Source: an uncultured Hyphomicrobiales bacterium (GTDB lineage: Bacteria > Pseudomonadota > Alphaproteobacteria > Rhizobiales > TMED25). From it: a stretch of DNA of 64,000 nucleotides. The notes under the pieces were generated by a model that worked only from the letters and a program-made list of their open reading frames with translations, did no database searches and was not told the origin of the DNA. Positions 7,945-18,100 of this stretch are shown here, in pieces (position 1 is the stretch's first letter; each line of letters starts with the position of its first letter). The position numbers and the translations under genes were made by a program. Where the stretch lies: assembly GCA_905181735.1 (NCBI GenBank), contig CAJIYR010000008.1:12002-76001 (forward strand). Reading direction: 5' to 3'.

Positions 7945-9750
7945 ATGATGAAACCAACAGACATAAAAAACCCAAGCTATTTTCATAAAGTTGTTGACTG
8001 CCAATGGGCGTGTCCAGCTCATACTCCTGTTCCTGAATATATTAGGTTAATAGCGCAAAGAAAATACACTGAAGCCTATATGGTTAATTGGGAATCAAAT
8101 GTTTTTCCTGGCGTATTAGGCAGAACATGTGACAGACCGTGTGAGCCTGCGTGCAGAAGAGTTAGAGTAGAAGAAACTCCAGTTGCAATATGCAGGTTAA
8201 AAAGAGCAGCTGCAGATAATAAATCCGATATTACAGAACATTTGCCAGATATTCCAAAAACTAAAAATGGTAAAAAAATTGCATTAATTGGAGGCGGACC
8301 AGCATCACTTACAGTGGCGCGTGATCTAATGCCCCTTGGTTACGATTGTACAATATATGAGAAAGACCCAAAAGCTGGCGGTCTTATGCGTACAAATATT
8401 CCTTCATTTAGATTACCTGAAGCTGTAATTGATGAAGAAGTTGATACGATACTAGATTTTGGGGTTATTAAAAAATTCAATCAAGAAGTGACCAGTTTAA
8501 AAGATATTTTAGATCAAAAATACGATGCTATATTCGTTGGTACCGGAGCTCCAAAAGGAAAAGATCTAAATATTAAAAATCGTTACGAAGCAGAAGCTAT
8601 TGAAAATATCCATATTGGAATTGATTGGTTAACTAGCGTTGCATTCAAACATGTTGATAAAATTGGTAAAAAAGTTGTTGTTATTGGTGGAGGCAACACA
8701 GCAATGGACTGCTGCAGATCATCGTTAAGATTAGGTGGATTAGACGTGAAAGTTACCGTCAGAAGTCCGAAATCTGACATGAAGGCATCAGATTGGGAGA
8801 TCGAAGAAGCAGAATTAGAAGGTGTTCCCATACTTGATAATCATTCTCCAAAAGAATTTGTTATTGAAAACGGTAAATTAAAAGGTGTGCTTTTTGAAAA
8901 AATGATTGCTGAATATGATGCAAATGGAAAAAGAAAATTAATATCTTCAGGCGAAGATCCTGTTTTACTTGAATGCGATGATGTAATTCTTGCAATTGGA
9001 CAAGAAAACGCTTTTCCTTGGGTGGAAAAGGATATTGGTATTGAATTCAACGAGTGGGGTCAACCTACTGTTGATAAAATAACATTTCAATCATCCCTAC
9101 CTAATGTATTTTTTGGTGGCGATGCAGCTTGGGGTCCTGAAAATATTATTTGGGCCGTTGCTCACGGGCATCAAGCAGCTATTTCTATAAATAACTTTTG
9201 CGAAAATATAGACCTAAACGAGAGACCTGACCCAATTACTAATTTGCTCAGTCAAAAAATGGGAATACACGAATGGTCCTACCCAAATGATATTTCAAAT
9301 TCAAATAGATTTGCTGTTCCTCACACAGATCACTCTCATGCGTTAAGCAGCATAGAAGTTGAAGTTGAACTTGGTTATGATGAAAAGCTAGCTCTGGAAG
9401 AATCGAAAAGATGTTTAAATTGTGATATTCAAACAGTATTTACGGAAAATTTGTGCATTGAGTGCGATGCTTGTGTTGACATTTGTCCTGTGGATTGCAT
9501 TAATTTCATCGAAAACGATACCGAAGAATCTCTGCGATTAAAATTAAAAGTTCCTGCACTTAATACAGATCAAGATTTGTATATTTCAGATAACTTAAAG
9601 ACTGGTCGCATAATGGCAAAAGATGAAGATATGTGTTTACACTGTGGACTTTGCGCAGAAAGGTGTCCGACAGGTGCTTGGGATATGCAAAAATTTACTT
9701 ACATAGAAGCTCATACTGAAGAAAGTAAGATATTAAACTATGTCGAATAA
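7945..9750 (+). CDS. GltD-like NAD(P)H-dependent flavoprotein fused to a C-terminal 2x[4Fe-4S] ferredoxin domain
   Basis: 601 aa. It has an N-terminal Cys region (CQWACP...CDRPCEPAC), dinucleotide folds (IGGGPASL, IGGGNTAMDC), and C-terminal CIECDACVDICP and CLHCGLCAERCP motifs. It overlaps korA by 11 nt. Confidence 0.75.
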   Translation: MMKPTDIKNPSYFHKVVDCQWACPAHTPVPEYIRLIAQRKYTEAYMVNWESNVFPGVLGRTCDRPCEPACRRVRVEETPVAICRLKRAAADNKSDITEHLPDIPKTKNGKKIALIGGGPASLTVARDLMPLGYDCTIYEKDPKAGGLMRTNIPSFRLPEAVIDEEVDTILDFGVIKKFNQEVTSLKDILDQKYDAIFVGTGAPKGKDLNIKNRYEAEAIENIHIGIDWLTSVAFKHVDKIGKKVVVIGGGNTAMDCCRSSLRLGGLDVKVTVRSPKSDMKASDWEIEEAELEGVPILDNHSPKEFVIENGKLKGVLFEKMIAEYDANGKRKLISSGEDPVLLECDDVILAIGQENAFPWVEKDIGIEFNEWGQPTVDKITFQSSLPNVFFGGDAAWGPENIIWAVAHGHQAAISINNFCENIDLNERPDPITNLLSQKMGIHEWSYPNDISNSNRFAVPHTDHSHALSSIEVEVELGYDEKLALEESKRCLNCDIQTVFTENLCIECDACVDICPVDCINFIENDTEESLRLKLKVPALNTDQDLYISDNLKTGRIMAKDEDMCLHCGLCAERCPTGAWDMQKFTYIEAHTEESKILNYVE

Positions 9751-11581
9751 TTCATCTTACAATGAACTTGTTCTTAAGTTTGCAAATGTCAATGGATCTG
9801 GTTCTGCTAGCGCCAATACGTTTTGTGCAAAAGCACTATTCAGAATGGGGATTCCTGTATCTGCAAAAAATATATTCCCTTCTAATATACAAGGTTTACC
9901 AACCTGGTATGAAATAAAAATATCAGAATCAGAACAACTCGCACGAAGAGATGGTATTGATGTTATGGTTGCAATGAATGCGCAAACTTACGAACAAGAT
10001 ATTAATGAAGTGCTGGAAAATGGTACATTTATTTATGATTCAAGCCTGTTAAGAGATTTTAAAAGAGATGATATAAACATCATAGGCATACCGATAGCGA
10101 AGTTATGCGCAGACGCATATACTGATTCAAGACAAAGACAGCTGTTTAAGAATATTGTTTATTTAGGTAGTCTTAGCCTATTAATTGGAATAGATTTTGA
10201 TGTAATAAAACAATTATTATCAGATCAATTTGGTAGCAAGCCAAAGCTATATGATCAGAATATCAAGGCTTTAGAAATTGGACGGCAGTACGTAAAAGAA
10301 AATATAAAATATCCTCTTGAAAAACAGGTTAGAAAATCTAATAAAAACACTAATAAAATCATGATAAATGGAAATGAAGCCGCTGGCCTTGGAGCCGTTT
10401 ATGCTGGGGCAACCGTTGCATCTTGGTATCCAATAACACCGTCAACATCTTTGGTAGAATCTTTTGAAAAACATGCCATGAAGTTGAGGAAGAATGAAGA
10501 TGGAACATTTAATGCAGCGATAATGCAAGCAGAGGACGAGTTATCAGCTGTAGGAATGGCAATTGGTGCAAATTGGAATGGAGCGAGAGCCTTTACAGCA
10601 ACATCTGGACCAGGAATATCACTAATGAGTGAGTTTATTGGACTAGCATATTTTGCTGAAATACCTTTAGTTTTATTTAACATCCAAAGAGGTGGCCCTT
10701 CCACAGGAATGCCAACCAGAACTCAACAATCAGATGTGCTCTCATGTGCCTACGCATCACATGGTGATACAAAACAAGTTTTACTATTCCCAGCAGATCC
10801 AAATGAGTGTTTTTATTTTGCAATAGAATCTTTCGATTATGCAGAAAGACTACAAACACCAGTTATTGTATTAAGCGACTTAGATATTGGCATGAATGAT
10901 TGGGTTGTTGATAAATTAGAATGGGATCCTAATTATAAGCATGATAGAGGAAAAGTCTTAAATTCAAAAGAGTTAGAGAACGCAAAAGATTTCGGAAGAT
11001 ATAAAGATGTTGATGGTGACGGTATTCCTTACAGAACAATACCAGCAACGCATCCAGAGTTAGGCGCTTATTTTACACGTGGAACTTCACATAATGAATA
11101 CGGTGGTTATACAGAGAATGGCGTAATACATGCAAAAACACTCGATCGTCTTGAAAAAAAATTCGATACTGGAAAAAGTTTATTACCACAGCCAGAAATT
11201 ATTATTAATAGCCCAAAAACAAAAATTGGTATAATAAATTTTGGAAGCACAACAAAAGCAATAAACGAAACTCTAAATCATCTTTCCAGCAAAGGTATTG
11301 GTATAAATCATATGAGAATTAGAGCTTTTCCATTCTCAAAAAAAATAGATAACTTCATTAATGAGCATGAAGTTATATTTATTGTCGAGCAAAATAGAGA
11401 CGCACAAATGAAGAAACTTCTAGTTAATGAAATTGATTCAATCTCATCTAAACTGCTATCTATTCTAAACTACGACGGTATGCCTCTAACTGCACAATTT
11501 CTAATAGACAAGATTAGCGAACACTTAGAAGAGGATATAGATATTAATCAACTGATAGCACCGCCAATAAAAATAGTATAA
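9740..11581 (+). CDS. korA: 2-oxoacid:acceptor (ferredoxin) oxidoreductase, alpha subunit (fused gamma-alpha type)
   Basis: 613 aa, with a gamma-like N-domain followed by a PYR domain (WYPITPSTS, GGPSTGMPT). Size and order match KorA of two-subunit OFORs. Confidence 0.85.
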   Translation: MSNNSSYNELVLKFANVNGSGSASANTFCAKALFRMGIPVSAKNIFPSNIQGLPTWYEIKISESEQLARRDGIDVMVAMNAQTYEQDINEVLENGTFIYDSSLLRDFKRDDINIIGIPIAKLCADAYTDSRQRQLFKNIVYLGSLSLLIGIDFDVIKQLLSDQFGSKPKLYDQNIKALEIGRQYVKENIKYPLEKQVRKSNKNTNKIMINGNEAAGLGAVYAGATVASWYPITPSTSLVESFEKHAMKLRKNEDGTFNAAIMQAEDELSAVGMAIGANWNGARAFTATSGPGISLMSEFIGLAYFAEIPLVLFNIQRGGPSTGMPTRTQQSDVLSCAYASHGDTKQVLLFPADPNECFYFAIESFDYAERLQTPVIVLSDLDIGMNDWVVDKLEWDPNYKHDRGKVLNSKELENAKDFGRYKDVDGDGIPYRTIPATHPELGAYFTRGTSHNEYGGYTENGVIHAKTLDRLEKKFDTGKSLLPQPEIIINSPKTKIGIINFGSTTKAINETLNHLSSKGIGINHMRIRAFPFSKKIDNFINEHEVIFIVEQNRDAQMKKLLVNEIDSISSKLLSILNYDGMPLTAQFLIDKISEHLEEDIDINQLIAPPIKIV

Positions 11582-11585
11582 AAAA

Positions 11586-12641
11586 ATGACATTTATAAAA
11601 AAACCAATATTTAGACACCCTTCCCTGCCAAAAAATGATCTCGGATTAACTTACAGAGATTATGAAGGTTTAGTGTCAACCTTATGTGCAGGATGTGGTC
11701 ACGATTCGATAACCGCTTCAATTGTTCAGTCTTGCTACGACCTATCTTTACCAGCTCATAAAATTGCTAAATTATCTGGAATTGGCTGTTCATCAAAAAC
11801 AACCAATTATTTTTTAAATCAATCTCATGGATTTAATACGGTTCATGGCAGAATGCCATCTGTTGCAACGGGAGCAAACCTTGCAAACAGAGATTTAATC
11901 TATATCGGTGTATCCGGTGACGGTGACACAGCTTCGATTGGGTTAGGCCAATACTGCCATGCAATAAGAAGACAATTAAATGTTACTTACATTGTTGAAA
12001 ATAATGGTACATACGGTCTAACAAAAGGCCAGTTCTCAGCTACTAATGATAAAAAGTCAAAAAATAAAAAAGGCGCAGACAACCCATTCGGCGCAATTGA
12101 TTTGGCATTAATGGCAATTGAATTAGGTGCGGGATTTGTAGCAAGAAGCTTTTCAGGCGATAAAGAGCAATTGGTACCTCTAATTAAAAAAGCTATTGCC
12201 TATAACGGATTCTCATTAATTGACGTGATTTCACCTTGCGTGACTTTTAATAATCATCCTCATTCTACAAAAAGTTATGATTATATAAGAGAGCATAATA
12301 CAGCTATGGGAGAATTAGACTTTGTTCCTGAGAAAGAAAATATTCAAGCAAAATACAGTGAAGGAGAGAGCGTTGATGTTACCCTTCATGATGGAAATAG
12401 TATAAATTTACAAAAACTTGACGGAAATTATGATCCCAGAGATCAAGACAAAGCCGTCAGTATATTAAGAAAGTATCGGGGAGAAGGTAAGGTTGTTACA
12501 GGCCTTTTATATATAAACGAAGATGCAAACGAGATGCATGAAACGTTAAAAACATCAACAACCCCATTAAATGCAATACCAATGAATGATTTATGTCCTG
12601 GTATTGATGAATTAGATAAGCTCAATAAAAGCTATACTTAA
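11586..12641 (+). CDS. korB: 2-oxoacid:acceptor (ferredoxin) oxidoreductase, beta subunit (TPP/Fe-S)
   Basis: 351 aa with Cys motifs LCAGCGHDS, GIGCSSK and SPCVTFN, and a TPP-binding GVSGDGD...NNGTYGLTKGQ region. Confidence 0.85.
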   Translation: MTFIKKPIFRHPSLPKNDLGLTYRDYEGLVSTLCAGCGHDSITASIVQSCYDLSLPAHKIAKLSGIGCSSKTTNYFLNQSHGFNTVHGRMPSVATGANLANRDLIYIGVSGDGDTASIGLGQYCHAIRRQLNVTYIVENNGTYGLTKGQFSATNDKKSKNKKGADNPFGAIDLALMAIELGAGFVARSFSGDKEQLVPLIKKAIAYNGFSLIDVISPCVTFNNHPHSTKSYDYIREHNTAMGELDFVPEKENIQAKYSEGESVDVTLHDGNSINLQKLDGNYDPRDQDKAVSILRKYRGEGKVVTGLLYINEDANEMHETLKTSTTPLNAIPMNDLCPGIDELDKLNKSYT

Positions 12642-12645
12642 TTAG

Positions 12646-12666
12646 ATATGCTTAGCATATATTTTT
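12646..12666 (+). terminator. candidate intrinsic terminator after korB
   Basis: A 6-bp stem ATATGC/GCATAT with a TTA loop is followed by ATTTTTAT. The stem is short and AT-rich, so the call is weak. Confidence 0.3.
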
Positions 12667-12721
12667 ATAAAAAAATTAATGGTAAATAATTCTTAAATTC
12701 TTTGCCTATTTAAATTCTATT

Positions 12722-13783
12722 ATGAAAAAATACTCCTAGTTTTAATTCTATCTCTTTTCTCAACACAAGGATATTCCTCTAATAATACTGCTGCAGGTCC
12801 TATAAAGACTAGTAATATTAAATTTCTAGGTAATTTTTACACAGAAGCAATTAAATCTTGCAAAGCAATGGATGATAATTACACTCCAACATTTGATAAA
12901 AATAATACTGTAAACAAAGTTAAAAGATTAGTTGGTTATGATTGGTCTGCTGATCATAAATTAAATAGTAATTCAATAGATGTCTATCATCAAGGTAATA
13001 CAAAAGTTACTAAAAAATTTTTAATAGAGTTAGCAAAATCAAATACCCTATAAAATAGTATTGTCTGTATCGAAGTAAAAAATAAATCTCGTTGCTGGTA
13101 TCACGAATATATGTTCGCCAGAGATGTGTTTGCAAATTACATGATTACTGCATTGTGATTAAAAGATGAATTGAACGAACAAGAGTTTAAAATTGTAGAT
13201 GAGTACATCAATAAAATGTACAAAAAGTTTCTTAAACCAATAGAACTTCAAAAAAAGAAAAAGGCCTTTATCAAATGGCCAATGGTGGAATGAAAATATC
13301 TAAATTACAGAATTTTGTTGAGGAGAAATGATAAAGAACTTTCTGCAGAAGAAATAAACCATAGATTTAACGAAATGGAAAAACTTTTTTTGAAGATGGC
13401 TATATCAATGATAATTCATTTAGAGGATATAGAAGTCGATGGTATCACTCATATGGATTAAATATGGCACTAGGATATGTTTATATTGCTAAACTTTGGG
13501 GCGCTGAAGTACCAACAAAAATTCAAAACAAATTAGTCAAAGCATCAGAAGTAGTAAATATCCCAATCACTGATTGGGATAAATTTAAAAGCAGACAAAA
13601 TGATGAACATGTTGTTATTGCAATTAACGATCTAGCAAATGCTAAAAGAATACTCATAGTATGACATTTGCATTAAACACACTAACGGAAATAGTTAGTG
13701 TAGAGCTAGCACATAACCCAGTATATCTTTCATGGAGGAAGAGGTGTCTACAAGAAGGAGTAGACCAACTAGTTGGATTTTAA
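12722..13783 (+). pseudogene. disrupted gene for a secreted protein, possibly AlgL/PL5-type alginate-lyase-like
   Basis: The ATG at 12722 runs into TAG after 5 codons. After an A6 tract the adjacent frame reads a signal-peptide-like ILLVLILSLFSTQGYSS. In-frame stops lie at 13051, 13156 and 13291, and the frame changes near the T7 tract (13385-13391) and near 13646-13664. The R-x-R-x-YHSYGL motif resembles the AlgL RALAYHNYAL region. Confidence 0.55.
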
Positions 13784-13812
13784 TCCAAATTGTATTGATT
13801 AGGCAATAGCAT

Positions 13813-13886
13813 TGGTTGGGGGACTAGGATTCGAACCTAGACTAAAGGATTCAGAGTCCTTTGTTCTACCGTTAAACTATCCCCCA
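13813..13886 (-). tRNA. tRNA-Gln (anticodon CUG)
   Basis: The 74-nt reverse complement folds as a cloverleaf. Acceptor stem is TGGGGGA/TCCCCCA, D arm is GTTT-AACGGTA-GAAC. Anticodon stem is AAGGA/TCCTT with loop CTCTGAA. T arm is CTAGG-TTCGAAT-CCTAG, and CCA is encoded. The U1-A72 pair is typical of tRNA-Gln. Confidence 0.9.
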
Positions 13887-14031
13887 TCTTAATAAAAGAA
13901 ATATTGATTTAGTTTTTTAATACTGATCTTTTAATGGTATATATACGTTTATATATAAGTATAAAGTATTTATTATATTTTTATTATTACAATTTATAAA
14001 TATAACAATTATAGATCAAAATTGGATAAAA

Positions 14032-15126
14032 ATGAGTACCATCAAACCACAATATTGGGCCCTTATATTAATATTATTGATAGTTCTTTGGATTGGTTCT
14101 GGTTTGCTATCAAATGCAAATGAAACCCAAAAACAGCTGATCACTTCAGAAGATGATACCAGTTTAAATGAGATCTTACCGTCAGTCAGATATGAAATAA
14201 TGACATCAAGAAATTATTATTCTGATTTTAAAATTTTAGCAACAACAAAGGCTGAGAATAAAATAGAAATAAAGTCAGAAACTGATGGAATAATTTCAAG
14301 CATACCATATGCTAAGGGGACGTTTGTTGAAAAAGGTTCTATTATTTGTGAATTACAAATTAATGACAGGCAAGAGTTACTTAATTCTGCAGAATCTAAG
14401 TTAGAAGAAGCTGAGATAAGCTATTCATCTTCTGCTAAGTTAGTAAAAAATGGTTACGCCCCAGAAAATCAACTAATAAGCAAAAAAGTAGACCTGGAGC
14501 GAACAAAAGCTGAATTCAAAAAAGCTCAAATTGAACTCGATAGAATAAAAATAAAAGCACCTTTTTCAGGAACAATAGATCACATTAATCCAAAAATTGG
14601 TGAATTGGTTACAAAAGGAAATATTTGTGCAAAATTAATTAATAATAATCCAATGTTAGTAATTGGAAATATATCCGAGAGGAATATTGATAAATTAAAA
14701 ATTGGAATGCCTGTAGATATAAAATTAATCACAAATGAAGTTCTAAAAGGTAACATTAACTTTATATCCTCTTCAGCCGAACCTAATACAAGAACATTTT
14801 TAGTTGAAGCTATTTTAGATAACAAAGACCATAAAATAAAAGATGGGACTACAGCAGAAATTATTATTACAGTTAAAAGTGAATTGGCCCATAAATTTTC
14901 ACCAGCAATATTATCATTAGATGATAACGGAACAACTGGAATAAAAACAATCAATGACAATAACCTGGTTGAATTTCATCCTGTTGATATAATTAATCTT
15001 GATGACAGCGGTGCTGTAGCAATAAATCTACCAAAGATATTAAAAGTAATTACTGTAGGTCAAGATTATGTGAATGTTGGACAAAAAGTAGACCCTGTAC
15101 AATACAATATCGAGCAAAATGAATAA
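14032..15126 (+). CDS. efflux RND transporter periplasmic adaptor (HlyD/MFP family)
   Basis: 364 aa with an N-terminal TM helix, a coiled-coil stretch and the IKAPFSGTI motif. It overlaps the RND pump gene by 8 nt. Confidence 0.8.
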   Translation: MSTIKPQYWALILILLIVLWIGSGLLSNANETQKQLITSEDDTSLNEILPSVRYEIMTSRNYYSDFKILATTKAENKIEIKSETDGIISSIPYAKGTFVEKGSIICELQINDRQELLNSAESKLEEAEISYSSSAKLVKNGYAPENQLISKKVDLERTKAEFKKAQIELDRIKIKAPFSGTIDHINPKIGELVTKGNICAKLINNNPMLVIGNISERNIDKLKIGMPVDIKLITNEVLKGNINFISSSAEPNTRTFLVEAILDNKDHKIKDGTTAEIIITVKSELAHKFSPAILSLDDNGTTGIKTINDNNLVEFHPVDIINLDDSGAVAINLPKILKVITVGQDYVNVGQKVDPVQYNIEQNE

Positions 15127-18100
15127 TATAATTTCAGCAATACTTTCAAGACCAAGAACCGTAATATCTTTATTACTAGCTCTAGTTATATGCGGTATCT
15201 ATTCGTACATAACAATTCCGAAAGAAGCAAATCCTAATATTTCCGTTCCCGTGTTTTATGTTTCTATTTCACAACCTGGAATCAGCTCACAAGATGCAGA
15301 AAAATTAATAATAAGACCGATGGAAGCTAAGTTAAAAAGCTTAGAAGGCCTAAAAGAAATGACTAGCGTAGCAAGCGAAGGCTATGGAGCCATTATTCTC
15401 GAATTTGATATAAAGTCTGACATCGATACGGTTTTAGCTGAGATAAGAGCAAAGGTAGATCAAGCAAGGAGTGATCTGCCAGCTGATGCTAATGCGCCCA
15501 ATATATTAGAAACTAATTTTGCCCTAATACCATCAATGATTATTTCGTTATCAGGGGACATACCAGAACGAACCCTTTATCGGCACGCAAAAACATTAGA
15601 GGATGAAATAGAGAAGATATCGACAGTATTGAGAGTAGATCTTAACGGGATAAGAGATGAGCTAATTGAAGTCATTTTGGATACTACAAAAATAGAATCA
15701 TATCAGTTAACTCCAGGTAATATTATAAATGCCGTAAACCAAAATAACTCCCTTATTTCAGCTGGCTCTATTGATAATAATAAGGGTAAATTTAATATAA
15801 AAGTCCCAGGGCTATTTAAAACTGCTGAAGATATTTATTCTATTCCAATAAAGAAGCAAGGAAATATTATTGTTACTTTAAAGGATATAGCCACAATTAA
15901 CAGAACCTTTAAGGATGCAACAAGTTTTAGTAGTTTTAATGGCAATAAGAATATTGCTTTAAATGTTCTTAAAAGAGTTGATGTAAATATCATAGATCAT
16001 AATAAAAATATAAAAAAATCTGTCGAGAAGTACATCGAGAATTGGCCAGAATCAATTAAAGTTACCTATACTTTTGATGAATCAAAAACTATATTTGAAA
16101 CACTTAGCAATCTCCAGTCTTCAATTTTAACTGCAATTGCATTGGTAATGATTGTAGTAGTTTCGTTCCTGGGTTTAAGATCAGCTTTTTTAATTGGCAT
16201 AGCAATTCCAATATCATTTCTAATAGGATTTTTTATTATCAATACTCTTGGTATGACGGTAAATATAATGGTTCTATTTGGACTTATAATAACCGTTGGT
16301 ATGTTAGTTGACGGTGCAATTGTAATTATTGAATATGCAGATAAATTAATCAAAGAAGGAAAATCCAAAAAAGAATCTTACCTGTCAGCTTCTCAAAGAA
16401 TGTTTTGGCCTATAGCCTCTTCAACAGCCACTACACTTGCTGCCTTTGTACCAATGTTATTATGGCCTGGTGTAGCAGGGCAATTTATGAGTTATTTGCC
16501 TATTATGGTTATAATAGTATTATCCACAGCACTTGTTACAGCAATTATATTCCTTCCCGCTCTCGGTAGCATTCAATTCAAGAAAAAAGAGATAAAATCA
16601 GAAAAATCTATAGGTACGATCCAATTAAAATTTCTTAGTTTTTATCCAATTGTGCTTAGAAAAATTATCAGAAAACCTATTACTGTTCTAGCTATAACAT
16701 TCCTCTTAATCGCATCGATCTTTACTTTATTCATAAAATACAATAATGGAGTTGAATATTTTGTATCAGCAGAACCAGAGCAAGCTGTTGTTTTTATTTC
16801 CGCTAGAGGAAATTTATCAACTGCCGAAAGCAATACTCTATCCAAAGAAATAGAAAAAGAGATATTAAAAATAGAAGGCATTAAGCATTTCTTTATGACC
16901 GTTGGTACCAATAACTCTAACTCCGGAAACCCTGGAGATGTTCGAGATAAACCTGTTGATGCCATCGCTACTATATATTTAGAGTTAGAATCATACAACA
17001 AAAGAAGGTCTGCTGAAGAGATATTTAATGAAATAAGAAAAAATACAATAAAGCCAGGAACATACGTTGAAATTAGAAAAATAGAAGGAGGGCCTCCTAC
17101 TGGAAAAGATATTAGGTTAGAAATAATTTCCTCTAATTACCTAGCAGCAAAAGAAGCTACGGGTATTATAAAAGATTATTTTGCCACTTCTATTGAGGGT
17201 CTGATAGATATAGAAGATACAAGACCACTCCCTGGTTTAGAATGGCAAATTGAAGTAGATAGAGAGAAAGCGGGTAAATACAATACTAGCGTTGCATCTA
17301 TCGGTCCAATCATCCAACTAGTAACTAATGGCGTATTAATTGGTAAATATATACCTGATGATTCAGATGATGAATTAGATATAAGAATTAGAATTCCTGA
17401 AAAAGAAAGAAATATTGATAATCTAGATCGATTAAAAATACAAACTTCTATTGGATCTGTTCCATTGAGCAATTTTATAACTAGAAAAGCAAAAGAAGAA
17501 GTTTCTTCGATAACTAGAAAGGATGGTAAATATTTCTTTTCTGTTAAGGCTAATACAATCCGAGGAATCACAAGCGATAGTAAAATAGCAGAAATAAATA
17601 ATTGGATAAAAACAGGTCAATGGCCAGAAGAAATTGAGTTTAAATTTCGAGGTGCCGATGAGGAGCAGAAGGAAGCTGGCGAATTTTTATCTAAAGCTGC
17701 CTTAGGAGCTATTGCTTTAATGTTTTTAATCTTAATTACACAATTCAATAGCTTTTATCAGACGATACTTACGCTATCAACTGTTATTCTCTCAATAGCA
17801 GGAGTTCTCCTTGGAATGCTAGTAACAGGGCAAACCTTTTCAATTATAATGACAGGCACAGGAATTGTTGCTTTAGCTGGGATAGTTGTTAATAATTCTA
17901 TTGTATTTATTGATACGTATAATATCCATATGAAACAAGGAATCGATCAATTGGATGCGATTATAAAAACCGCCTCCGAAAGAATACGGCCAATACTATT
18001 AACCACAATTACCACAATAATGGGCCTTATCCCAATGGCCACTCAAGTAAGCATTGATTTTATATCTAGAGATATACTAATCGGTGGGATAACAGCAGGA

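Noticed and set aside
12868-13664. ORFs 12868..13053 and 13464..13664 considered as independent small protein genes.
   Set aside because: Both are continuous in sense with neighbouring frames once single stops or homopolymer shifts are bridged. They are better explained as fragments of one decayed gene (12722..13783).
12642-13812. A genomic island integrated at tRNA-Gln.
   Set aside because: There is no integrase, no direct repeat of the tRNA 3' end, and no compositional shift visible by eye. The only content is the single decayed gene.
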